DNA from: Octopus sinensis
Lineage: Eukaryota
Direction of reading: 5' to 3'
Assembly: GCF_006345805.1 (NCBI RefSeq)
Contig: NC_043001.1
Span: 49,538,001-49,602,000, forward strand
Length of the DNA stretch: 64,000 nucleotides
The notes beneath the pieces were generated by a model. That model had not been told where the DNA came from, ran no database searches, and saw only the letters and a program-made list of their open reading frames with translations. How positions within the stretch are numbered: the first letter of the stretch is position 1; every line of letters starts with the position of its first letter. The position numbers and the translations under genes were made by a program. Shown piece by piece: positions 12,610 through 25,278 of this stretch.

Positions 12610-13310
12610 ACACACACAACTCACTTATTATTGCCATAAAGTTCGTGTATGAAATTAATCTTTTTTCTAGTTTCGATGCAGGTTGGCAAGTTGATTTTCA
12701 TCGATACTCAAAGTATCCCCCAGGCCGTCATCACACTTGTCCCCTACCCGTTCTCTATAGTAAGCCGAAGTGGTACCCATTCCGCCGGCATTGCTCGTTC
12801 GGAAGAGAAGCACGAGCGCCTGTCGACTATCTGCTTGCCAAGCTCCCAGCCTTGGTCTACGCCTGATCCAGTATTCCAGCTCACAAAAGAGGTGAACCTG
12901 GGAAACAAACGGAGACCACACCCGCTCACCGTCCAGGTAGATCCAGAGATGCCTTAAACTCAGTACATGCCTGCGCATCTTTAGCCACGGCATCCCTAAC
13001 ACTTTAGCGAGTGTTGGCAGCAGATAGAGCGCCTTACAAGAAGTGAAAAGCGTGCGTTCCGACTTGTTTAGCCATTTATTGGGGCACGGTACGACGGTTA
13101 GGCGGTAGGTAATGACAGATGCGATAAACACATTTGCTACCTCCTCCCTCCTTTCAGGGATAACTTCCCCACAGACCAGATCTGAGTTATGGACGCCATC
13201 CTTGCTCCAATTCTTCTCTATTTGGAGGCCTGGACAAAACCAGACCCCAAGCATTTTCACCGGACCGTCTGTCCAGCGTCCGACAACGTTGTGGACGGTA
13301 TATAACATGA
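12610..13310 (-). mobile_element. Decayed L1/Tx1-clade LINE ORF2 fragment (RT thumb and downstream region)
   Basis: KMLGVWF...KNW...VANVFIASVITYRLTVVPCP...GMPWLKMRRHVL is typical of the post-RT region of L1/Tx1 ORF2. Confidence 0.65.
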
Positions 13311-13338
13311 TGTTATATAAATTTAAACACACACACAC

Positions 13339-13481
<143 letters not shown>

Positions 13482-14065
13482 AGTCTGTCCGTCTGTCTGT
13501 CTGTCTGTCTGTACATGTATACATATATACATATACTACACATTTATACATACGGGATCTAATCAATAAGTATCTGGACTGTTGCTATAGTAACGAAGCT
13601 AAAGCACGCAGTGTAAAACCGCTAGGCACAGATTGACCTTGTGCTCTGCTGTGCATGTGCACAACGTTTTAACATTCTAGCTCACTTCCGCTGTTTACAG
13701 CAGTGCATGGCTTGGAAGGTGTGTAGAGTGTGATCGATACTCTTCTGCACGCTTTCTCAAGACTTTCTTTAACAGTATATCCACATTAAAAAAGACATAC
13801 AGAGTGCTATTTTGAACTAATACTATTTCGGCCTCTAATAACGAATATGTAAATATTATATGATGGGCTTCTTTCAGTTTCCGCCCCACTCCTAAATCCA
13901 CACACAAGGCCTTGATCGGCCCGAGAATATAGTAGGGAACACTTGCTCAAGGTGCCACGCAGTGGACTGAACCCGGAACCATGTGGTTGGGAAGCAAAAT
14001 TCTTGCCCCACAGCCACGCCAGCGCCTACCCACGCTTGTGTGTGTATGTATGCATTATATATATA

Positions 14066-14108
<43 letters not shown>

Positions 14109-14184
14109 ATATATATATACATGTATATATATATATATATGCGTATATATATTATATATATATATTATATATATATATAATATA

Positions 14185-14268
<84 letters not shown>

Positions 14269-14757
14269 ATTATATAGAAGGAGCTTCTACAGGACTAGAA
14301 CTGTTTCATTCAAAAGAAATCATCATTTCTTTTGAATGAACAGTTCTAGTCCTGTAGAAGCTCCTTCTATATAATAAATTAATTTACTCTGCTATGTATT
14401 GAGTACCTTATTTACTGTGGTTAACCCCGACTCAACCCGGGACCTACACATATATATATATATATATATATATGCATATCATTTTAGTTTGTTTAGGGCA
14501 AATGCTTCTAAATGCGCTAGTAAATGTTCATATGCTTCTTCTTGTCGGCTACCGCCTGTTATTCCCAATTCCAGAATACTAATATGGGATGCTTATAGAT
14601 GCGGAACTCCTTACAACTTAGTATAAATATAGTACTGACGAATATTATCTATGCATTGAAATTTATATTTAATTAATGCATTGCGATATATGTTTCTGCA
14701 TATACATACATACATACATACATACATACATACATACATACATACATACATACATAC

Positions 14758-14805
<48 letters not shown>

Positions 14806-14806
<1 letters not shown>

Positions 14807-15275
14807 TTTTTCTCCCCGTCTGTCTTGATAGACAATGGGTTGCGCCAAGGGTGGGGCCTACTTTGATGATGTGCAGCGTCTGCTGTGACTGAACAGTCCA
14901 ATTCTAGAGTGTCAGTCCTTGGTACAGTTGCTGCACACGAACATCGATGGGTACGTGTGGGGTGTTGCTGCAGTTGTCCTCCTCCTGTCCCGCCTGTCCA
15001 ACCACAGCTGTGCTCTCCTCTCCTCAGCCATGGAAACGCCTTTCCTCACCGTCCGACGCCAGGCAGAGCGGTTAGCAGCTGTTTCCTCCCACGTGTCCAC
15101 ACAGATGTTGGCAGTCCTCAGGTCGCGCTTGCACACGTCCCTGTATCGTAGCTGTGGATGTCCCTTGGGTCGGGATCCCGTGGTGAGTTCGCTGTACAGG
15201 ATGTCTTTAGGCATGCGACCGTCCTGCATGCGGCAGACGTGTCCGAGCCAGCGCAGTCGTCTCCGCACGAGGAGT
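14806..15275 (-). mobile_element. RTE-clade LINE 3' fragment
   Basis: RRRLRWLGHVCRMQDGRMPKDILYSEL..G.RP.G.P.LRY.DVCKRDL...CSNCTKD*HSRIGLFSHSRRC followed by an RTE-type 3' end (ccattgtctatcaagacagacg); (TA)n on both sides. Confidence 0.9.
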
Positions 15276-15585
15276 GTATATATATATATATACACTCACA
15301 AAATATGGGGGTCTAGTACAAAGGTGATCTAAACAAATTGGGGACACTTGGTAAATGGTGTAACGGATTACTAGGGCTCCAAGGTTATAGCCGAAACGGT
15401 TGTTATGGAGCCATTGCATATCCCTGAGTATGGGATACTGCGTCATCGGAGACAAATAGGTATATCTGATACTCTGGGATATCACAGAAACAGCGGTAAG
15501 ACTGAATTTTTTCCAATAATAATAATGTATAAGACTTGAGATATTTGCATTGTCTTAACGTTTTACGTTTGGTGTCCTCTTTAAC

Positions 15586-15622
<37 letters not shown>

Positions 15623-15848
15623 AATATATATGCAAATATATATGCTCGCAAGCACATACATGAACAAGTAATGCCCCTGATGTAATACAATATACTAAGT
15701 AAATCAAATACAATAATTTATCCGATTTCAGTTCTTCGTGTTTTTTTCTGTAGCGAGTAAATAATATGTGGAAATTAACGATTTAAAAGTCTGTTATCAG
15801 CATATTGGCATTGAAATAATTTTCTTTAGCCCTTATTTATAAGTTGTA

Positions 15849-15977
<129 letters not shown>

Positions 15978-16607
15978 GAAACGTACTTCTTTACAAAAAG
16001 GGACCTCCCTTGTTTTTATTGGTGGGGAGTGGGTTCCTTCCAGTTCATAAATCCATGACAAGTGGATCACCTGCCTCACCTCTCATCTGTTCAGCCCTCA
16101 TATAATCTTACTCCAGAAGAGAATGGTAAAAAAAATCTGGATATTCTGAATGAGAAGTATTTTATTTCTTTGACTGTCTGTCATTCTGTAAGTCAATCTG
16201 TGTGTGTGTGTTTGCACGCGTCTGTCTGTCTACCTCTCTGTCTGTCTGTCTGTCTGTATGTATGTATGTGTGTGTATGCCTGTGTTTATGTATGTATGTA
16301 TGTATGTATGTATGTATGTATGTATGTATGTATGTATGTATGTATGTATGTATGAATATGTGTCTGAATATATACATGCATGTATGTATGCATGCATATT
16401 TGCAAATATGTATGTATGCATGTACGTTTGTATATATGTATTTATGCAGGTATGTGTAGTATGTGCGCATGTGTGTAAGTTCATATGTACTCTTCGTACG
16501 TATGTATATCTATGCATATATGTATGTACGTAAGTATGATTTTGATTTTGATTTTTCCAGTTTCAGCTTATGAGCTGTAGCCATGCTGGGGCATATATAT
16601 GCTGTGC

Positions 16608-16643
<36 letters not shown>

Positions 16644-17421
16644 TTATGTGTAGAAGTCTATCTGAGCGTATGTATGTGTGCTTGCCTGTATGTATATATG
16701 TATGTATATATGTACGTGTGCTTGTGAGTATATCTATATGCATGTGTGTGCATGAACTTGTGTATATATATAAACCTGTTTTTGTGTGTATACATACTTT
16801 AGTGTACGTATGTATGTATGTATGTATGTATGTATGTATTATGTATGTATGTATGTATGTATGTATGCAGGCATGTATGTATGTATGTGTCTATATATCT
16901 CTTTACTTGTTTAAATTTGCGCGTATATATGTCTACCTGAACATTTTTATGTACGTGAATGTATCAAAAATTTCTCTACGTACTTATTAACCAGACAGTA
17001 TTTTCACAATGACTTGCATTGCATTCACAAGTATATTTATCTTGACTGTTCTGTGAAACTTGATTATATAGATTAATTTCCCAGCTACATTTTGACAACA
17101 ATGACACTGTACTGCTGTACAAGAATAAATAAAACTTACCTAGCTAACAACCTTGAACTGCAGTGAATCACATGTATTCACACATGCATACATACGAGAT
17201 ACAAATACGTACATTTATGACTCGACATTTTTCAACAATCTGTCAATTATTTTGCAAGCCACATATGCAAATGGTACTCGATTTAATTCCATGCTTGTGT
17301 GTGTGTGAGTGTGTGTGTATGTGTATGTGTGCGAGTGTGTGTGTGCGAATGTGTGTATGCATGCCTGCGCTTGTATGTGAGTGTGTATATATACTTACAT
17401 TTATCTATCTGTATGTCTATG

Positions 17422-17514
<93 letters not shown>

Positions 17515-17917
17515 AACCGTAGATGTATGATTTATTAAGACTAGTACTGTGGTAAATTTATCTAGTGTAAGTAAACGACAAATGCTAGAGCTCAAATGTA
17601 GGATGATTTTCGGTCTCGCATTCGTTGTTTGGCTGACTGTTGCTGACGATCCGCAGCAGAGTGAAATCACGGGATACAACAGCGTCAACCGCCTTGCAGA
17701 CGAAATATCACCAATTAATATCTGTTTTTTAACATTTGTCTTCTATACGAGATTCCTCGGGAAGTTTACTGTAGTCCTAATCGCAGTAAACAACGCATTC
17801 AAGTTGATTATGATGAGCTAATTAATATTTGTTACAGAGGCTGCTGTTTGAGTTGCTAATATATATATATACATACATACATACACACACACACGCATGC
17901 ACGCGAACACGCACGCG

Positions 17918-18001
<84 letters not shown>

Positions 18002-18039
18002 CGGAAAGAAATAAGATGAAAAACAGATTTTTTTTAATA

Positions 18040-18530
18040 GACAAAAGAATATATTAGAATCATAATAGTAAAAGTATTATATAATATGTACAAAATAAGA
18101 TTTTCTTCCATCATAATGACCAGTTTCGTTATCGCTTTTCAAATTATGAGTTTTGGATGAATCTCTGAATTAGACATTTTGTTTGCTTGGGAGAATAATT
18201 AGTAACCATGGTATTTTACAGTAAAGGAGAGGTAAATCTGCAATTTTCTATATTGGTTTACATTTGATTCTTACAACAGTTGGGTTAAATCTTTAATTTT
18301 CAGTATGGGTTTATATTTAATTCCGGCTCATATTTTTCCATAAATGAGGCCTCTTTATTTTGTCGTACTTGCGTTGAGATCCAAATAGCAAAATGATATA
18401 ATGGGAAGATTAGGAATTGTGGTTGCAGTTGTTCTGCACATCTGTCAATGTGTTCACTAAGACATATCTGGCGATATTGTGGGGAGGATATCAAGTTGTG
18501 TGTGGACCGTACATCTGCGTCTGATCGACA
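18040..18530 (-). mobile_element. Penelope-like element 3' fragment (C-terminus of GIY-YIG plus 3' UTR/pLTR)
   Basis: RRCTVH...QYRQICLSEHIDRCA...IFPLYHF..RQNKEASFMEKYEPELN. The downstream UTR holds a hammerhead-like motif. Confidence 0.7.
18111..18149 (-). ncRNA. Degenerate minimal type I hammerhead ribozyme
   Basis: UCAUAAU UUGAAAA GCGAUAAC GAAA C UG GU C AUUAUGA: perfect 7-bp stem I, GAAA, self-complementary ACUGGU stem III and GUC triplet. The core reads UUGAAAA instead of CUGANGA. Confidence 0.6.
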
Positions 18531-19319
18531 TTCCTGTCGACCCCTTCTTGCATTCGTCGGTGGCAGTTGTCCAACTGATTTCAGTTTGTGTTGTATTGTG
18601 TGATTCTATATATAAGGGATTTGGGTTTCTCTGGGGTGGGGTTGGGGTTTGTTAATAACTGTGGGGGTGAAGGAGTGTTGATGAACAAGAACTGAAAGAA
18701 AATAGTGAATGGTAAAAACAAGATAATTGATTGAGGGTGCAGTTGGGAGGTGGTGAGTTGTTGAAAGAGTGTTTTATGAAGGGCTTGTGAAGTCGTTCCC
18801 CTGCTGGTTCCATTTGAATAGTTGACCTTTGGTAAAAAATATAATGGTCATATGTTTTCAAATTCTCTTATAGCCGAATCAACTTTTTTTATTTCGTAAA
18901 GAGACGCTTCAGTTATTTTCTATGTTAAAGAGTTTAGGTGTGTCTGAGATGGGGTGAATGAGGTGTAAGATGCATATCTTTTGATAAAAAGGGGATGACG
19001 CAGAGAGAGAGAGAGAGAGAGAGAGAAAAGAACAATAAGATTAGTCTTTGAATGTTTGTTGATAGAAATGTTTTTATATTGGGAGAGGGGGGAGGAGATC
19101 ATGCTAGCTCATGTATTACTTAACTACATATAAACAAGCAAAAAGTATACATATATATATACACATATATACAAACATACACATATATATATACATATAC
19201 ACATACATATGTACACACATATACCCATATATACGTACACATATACATACACATACATGCATACATATATTTTCTAGTTCATACGTACCCATATATTTGC
19301 ACATGCATTCACACCTGTA

Positions 19320-19355
<36 letters not shown>

Positions 19356-19554
19356 TACACATGCACACGTACATACACACATATGTATACGTATCTACAC
19401 TACTCAAGTACATTGTGGGGAGGGGAATTAGTGAAATAGAAGTATACCTCCGAGAGTTGTTCTTCTCTTCAATGATCGAATGATTGAAAAGTGTGGGTGT
19501 CATCCATTTATATTTGGATATATGCATCTTCAAAAAATAAAACAATGAGAGAAT

Positions 19555-21330
19555 CCCGTTATTGGGTGGGGTGGAATATCATTTTTTGGTGTTCACTTGT
19601 GGTTCGTACTTTCTAATGAAGAATTCTTCTTTATATTTCCAGAAATGTTCGTTGTAGGACTATAACTTAAAGAAGGGGGAGATTGTGAATTTTCTATTTC
19701 CGCATGATGCAAAGTGTTCACTGCAAGTGGTGTTTCTGACAGAGGGGTCTTTAATTTGTTGTTAATGTACACGAACTCTATCATGTAGGCCTGTTCTGGT
19801 TTCACCAATGTAGTCTTCTTTACATTGTGAGCAAGTTGCACTGTAAATCAAGTTCTTTTGCTTTGCAATTCAGGTTTGCATTAACTTTGAAAATCTCATT
19901 GTTTTTAAATGAGATTTATCCACTCAATTCAATGTATTCTCAAGTTCCGCATCAAGGGTCCCCGTATTTTCTTAACTTACACTGTTTCAATGTTAGACGT
20001 AAATTTCGCCTTAGTGAGCAGTTTTTTCAGCTTGAGTGCTTGGCGTCTGCTATATATTATTGGGTTGTTAGTGTTATCCTTTTTGTGACGACAAAAGAGA
20101 TAACTGGTTTTCCCTTTTTACTTTGTTGGTTTGTTTTTCTTAGTATTGTCACTGGAATGTGCTGGGCCTTAGAGATGGCTGTATTAATGAGGTTCACCAG
20201 ATATTCTTGTCTTTTAAGGAACCATTTTAGTTTATATAAACTTTTTCTTGTAATGTGGGGTGTGTTACTATGGTGTAGATACGTCTTGTCATGTTAAAGG
20301 GAATGATTCTTTTGTTATGTGGGGGTGAGGGTGCTGATCGAAAATTTAAGTATTGGTGCGTGCCTGTTGGTTTGTAAAATAGGTCTGTTTTGATATTTTC
20401 CCCTTCTTTAATGATAAGGATATCCAGAAATGGTAGTTCCTTTCTATTGCATGCCATGGTAAATTGTATTGCGTTGTGAAGCTTGTTTATGATGGAATGG
20501 AATCTTTGCAGGTCTTCTTCGTTTCTATCCCAGAAGATGAAGCAATTGTCTAGGTAACGTTTCCAGATGTTATTAATATAGGTGGTGAAATCGTGAATGA
20601 ACGTTTCCTGCAGCTGGGAATATAGTTTTGCTTCAAGGTAATCCATGACGAATGTTGCATATCTTAGCACTACTTTGGTGACCATGGCTGTTCCTTTTAT
20701 TTGTAAATACAATTCTTTATCAAAGTGGAAGTGGTTGTTCGTGTGGGATATTAATATATAAGCTTGCTACGTCAAAGCTGACTAAGATTGTGTCTTGGAG
20801 TACTTTCTGGGGGATTCAGGAATTTCATATCATCTCTGATGTAGCTTGGTACCTTTTTACATAGGGGTTTCAGAATGATTCTAATAAATTGCTTAGACGT
20901 TGTGTGCTTGCGGCTGAACCAGCACCATTTGGGTGTAATTTTAAATCTGTCAGTTTTGGTACTTCGACATATGATGTAATTTTACTTTTTCTTTTGTTTT
21001 GGATTTCTTCGGATTTGTGAACTTTCGATAATTATTTAAAATTGCTGGTTTTCATTTCAAAGTTGGTTAGCTAGTTAATTTCCTTTAGCGTAAGGTTATT
21101 CAGTTTACCTACTTGAATCATCGAATAACTTTCTTTGCGTTTGTTGATTTTCTTGTAAAAACCCTCGTTATTCAACTGTTCTAGGACCTTTCTTGGTAGT
21201 GGTTTTTGCCCATGATGATGATGATTGCTCCACTTTTGTCTGCTTCTTCTATGATTATTGAGGAGACTTTTTGTAGTTTGTTTAGGGCTAGCAGTAAGTC
21301 TGTAGGAATGTTGCATTTGTGATTCGTCTC
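19555..21330 (-). mobile_element. Decayed Penelope-like element (RT + GIY-YIG)
   Basis: YLQIKGTAM, WKRYLDNCFIFW, LPFLDILI, TDLFYKPT.THQYL; endonuclease IYSATCSQCKEDYIGET..LHDRVRVH...SEHF. Many stops and frameshifts. Confidence 0.9.
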
Positions 21331-21639
21331 TGCAGCATTTGACTGTGCCGGTCATCGTAGGCAGGTTATGTGTTCTTCTACGTGTATGTCTCTATTTAGC
21401 GGGGTTAAAGTTCTTTTTTTCTTTTACACTAGTGATTCGTCCTCGTAATCTACACCCTGGAAGAATTCTCCTAGATGTAATTTTAGACAAAAATTCTCCT
21501 AGATGTAATTTTCCTCCTCCAAATTTACCTAACTGTACCGAGGATTTCACAAATTTTCTAATGTATATATTATGAAAGGCATTTTAAACTGTTAGAACAA
21601 TTCTACCAAAAATGCCTTCATCGCATTTAAAAAATTAAA

Positions 21640-22020
21640 TGGAGTTCTTTTACTCCAAACACAGATATCCTTGCTTCTGCCGGCATCACCACAGTTAAAG
21701 CTATGATTTTGAGGAACCAATTAAAATGGTGTGGCCATATTGTTCGAATGGCAGATGAACGCATGCTGAAACAGCTGTTTTATGGTGAGCTTGCAGAGAG
21801 GGAAACGCTATCGGCGTAAACCTAAAAGAAGGTTTAAGGACGGCATAAAGACTACTATGAAGTTACTTGGAATATTTCCAGAAGATATAGAAACCCTTGC
21901 TTCGAATCGAGTTGGATGGCGAACAAAGGTGTGGAGTGGAGTAAAAGCATTTGAAGAGGCCAGGATAACGCAAGTAAGACTCAAAAGAGATCTAAGGAAG
22001 AATGTAACGATCGAGCAAAT
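21640..22020 (+). mobile_element. RTE-clade LINE fragment (post-RT region)
   Basis: [39 protein letters not shown]..K...LASNRVGWR. Confidence 0.85.
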
Positions 22021-22347
22021 CGACCTCAGTGCGTATTATTTATTTATTTATTTTGTAAACCCCAGTACTTAATCTATCGGTCTCTTATGCCCAACCGCTA
22101 ATTTACGAGGACGTAAAAACATGACGGGCTTCTTTCAGTTCCCGTCTATCAAATCCACTTACAAGGCTTCGGTCGGCCCGAGGCTATAGTAGATGACACT
22201 TACCCAAGGTTGCCACGCTGTTAGACTGAACCCAGAACCATGTAGTTGAGAAGCAAAGTCTTAGTACACTTTCACGCCCCATGATTTTTACCGTAGTTTC
22301 AATAATTTCGTTAACATGTTCAGCTGACGGTATGTATGCATTTCCAA

Positions 22348-22580
22348 GGCGGCAAGCTAGCAGAAACGTTAGCACGCCGGGCGAAATGCTTAGCGGTATT
22401 TTGTCTGTCGTTACGTTCTGAGTTCAAATTCCGCCGAGGTTGACTTTGCCTTTCATCCTTTCGGGGTCGATAAATTAAGTACCAGTTACGCACTGGGGTC
22501 GATGTAATCGACTTAATCCGTTTGTCTGTCCTTGTTTGTCCCATCTGTGTTTAGTCCCGTGTGGGTAGTAAAGAAATAGG
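22348..22580 (+). mobile_element. tRNA-derived SINE family B (Meta-domain-like core)
   Basis: ggcggc.agct.gcagaa.cgttagcacgccgggcgaaa head, B-box gagttcaaattcc, core ctttcatcctttcggggtcgataaattaagtacc, 3' tail gtcccctctgtgtttagccccttgtgggtagtaaagaaa. More than 10 copies occur in the window. Confidence 0.9.
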
Positions 22581-23559
22581 TATGCATGCATTTCCAACAT
22601 CATATTTGTGTACAATAGAAACTCAGTCATCGATTACTTCGTATTAGTTCGGACAATCAGCCAAAACGGCTGCCATTTCTTCCTATTAGTATTTATTAGA
22701 AAGGGTTCGTTGTAATATGATTTTGGGAACCTGTTGTAGAACTGGGATATAGTTTCAGACAATATTGATATTATATTTCGTTGACAATACTATAGAATTT
22801 TGCACAAAATAAATATGGTTGGTTGTAATTTGTCCGAATTGTTGTAACGAGGTGGGTATTATCAAAATATTGATTTACTTATAGAAGGAGATATGAGTTC
22901 TGCTGTTTGAAAACGTAGAGTTGTATGATATTTTGACAGATATGTATTTGGCGGGAAGATAGTTTTCAATAAGAATTAAAAAAAGGATAAGCACTGTTTA
23001 GATTATAATTGCGTCTCCTCTGTATCTAAGTATGTCGTAGAAAAGTGTTTATGTTAATGTTAGATTTGTATCTATAGCAGAAATAAAAGAATGTAGTTAT
23101 AGTAATATATTCCAAGTGTCTGGTACTACTTTTCTTATTGATACTCCTTAGTTACTACGCGAGGGTTTCAGTTGATCCGATCAACGGAACAGCCTGCTCG
23201 TGAAATTGACGTGAAAGTGGTTGACCACTCCACAGACAGGCATACTCTTAATGTAGTTTTCAGAGAGGTTCAGCGTGACACAGAATGTGACATGGCTGGC
23301 CCTTTGAAATACAGATACAACTCATTTTTGTCAGCTGAGTGGACTAGAGCAACGTAAAATAAAGTGTCATGTTCAAAGACACAACGCTCCACCGGGAATT
23401 GAACTTTCGACCTTTCGACCTTTCGATCGTGAGCCGCATACCCTGACCACTAAACCACACGCAGTCTCATCTGAGTGCCTAATCAAGAGGGATTTTAAGA
23501 AATCTGGATTTACTAGATGTCAGTATAAATGAACGGTGATGTTATTACTATTGTCCGAA

Positions 23560-24051
23560 GGTGGCGAGTTGACAGAATCGTTAGCACGCCGGGCGAAATG
23601 CTTAGCGGTATTTCGTCTGCCGCTACGTTCTGAGTTCGAATTCCGCCGAGGTCGACTTTGGCTTTCATCCTTTCGGGGTCGATTAAATAAGTACCACTTA
23701 CGCACTGGGGTCGATATAATCGACTTAATCCGTTTGTCTGTCCTTGCTTGTCCCCTCTGTGTTTAGGCCCTTGTGGGTAGTAAAGAAATAGGTATTTCGT
23801 CTGCCGCTACGTTCTGAGTTCAAATTCCGCCGAGGTTGACTTTGCCTTTCATCCTTTTGGGGTCGATTAAATAAGTAGCAGTTACTCACTGGGGTCGATC
23901 TAATCGACTTTTTGTCTGTCCTTGTTTGTCTCCTATGTGTTTAGCCCCTTGTGGGTAGTAAAGAAATAGGTATTTCACCTGTTTAAGAAGGCGGCGAGCT
24001 GGCAGAATCGTTAGCACGCCGGGCGAAATACTTAGCGGCATTTCGTCTGCC
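23560..24051 (+). mobile_element. Family B SINE cluster with repeated body and tail
   Basis: Head-body-tail, then body-tail, then a new truncated head. Confidence 0.85.
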
Positions 24052-24455
24052 ACAAGCAGGAGAACGTAGTCATGATTGTCTGACAATTTCTGCAACTACA
24101 TCACCCCTACCATATGGCCACCTAACTCCCCAGACTGCAACTTCCTTGATTGTTATGCGTGGAGCGCAGCTGAGAGGCCAACAATACTCCTTGCAACACC
24201 AAAGATGAACTGAAGGCAAGGATTATGGCAGCATTCACCAACTTAAACAAGGACACTGTTCAGAAGAGTTGCAGGAGATTCTGAAGTCGTCTGGAGGCGC
24301 TGATCGGAGCCAATGGCGATTTTATTGAATGAATTTACTCTTTAGTATTTCAAGATATTTTTTATGTAATTTTAGTAAATAAATCTGTTAAAATGAGACG
24401 TCAGAGTTAATTTCATTCGTGCGTAATCTAGACGACAATGCATTCACCACACCCT
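24052..24455 (+). mobile_element. Tc1/maT-like transposase 3' fragment
   Basis: WPPNSPDCNFLDCYAWS...NTKDELKARIMAAF..L....VQKSCRRF.SRLEALIGANGDFIE*; ends near a caccctg terminus. Confidence 0.8.
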
Positions 24456-24892
24456 GTGTGTGTGAGTGTGTGTGTGTGTATTTATGCGTGTGTGCCTTTG
24501 TGTCTGTGTCTGTCCCTCCACCATCGCTTGACAGCCCATGTTGATGTATTTATATCCCCGTAACTTAGCGGTTCGGAAAAAGCGACCGATAGAATAAGTA
24601 CTAGGCTTGAAAAGAATAAGTCATGGGGTCGATTTCTTCGACTAACAAACCTTATTAAGGCGATGCCCCAGCATGGCCGCAGTCAAATGACTGAAACAAG
24701 TAAAAGAATACCCCTATCCGTGTTGCGCGCGCGCGAATTAGGTAGACACGAGGGAAATATATAACAGTACGAAAAACCCGAAAATTTCCCCTGAACAAAA
24801 GTATATGTAGGGGACCATCACGGTTTCGACACCTGAAGTGAATTCCGCTAGCTTCAGTTGCTTCAAACAAGATTGTCATAAATTACCACATA

Positions 24893-25278
24893 GGCGTAGG
24901 AGTGGCTGTGTGGTAAATAGCTTGCTTGCCAACCACATGGTTCTGGGTTCAGTCACACTGCGTGGCACCTTGGGCAAGTGCCTTCTACTATAGCCTGGGG
25001 CCAACCAAAGCCTTGTGAGTGGATTTGGTAGATGGAAACTGAAAGAAGCCCGTCGTATATATGTATATATATATATGTGTGTGTGTATATGTTTGTGTGT
25101 CTGTGTTTGACAACCGATGCTGGTGTGTTTATGTCCCCGTTAACTTAGCGGTTCGGCAAAAAAGACTGATAGAATAAGTACCAGGCTTACAAAGAATAAG
25201 TCTTGAGGTCGATTTGTTCGACTAAAGGTGGTGCTCCAACATGGCCACAGTCAAATGACTGAAACAAGTAAAAGAGAG
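24893..25278 (+). mobile_element. Family A SINE, full-length copy
   Basis: Same head, CORE-like block, microsatellite spacer and tail as 10191-10593. Confidence 0.9.

Noticed and set aside
18880-18915. CUGAAGC-GU...AC-GAAA on the minus strand
   Set aside because: A9 is changed and no stem I or cleavage triplet pairs correctly.
19420-19540. Possible hammerhead relics behind the second PLE
   Set aside because: UUGAAGA occurs, but there is no GAAA or consistent stems.
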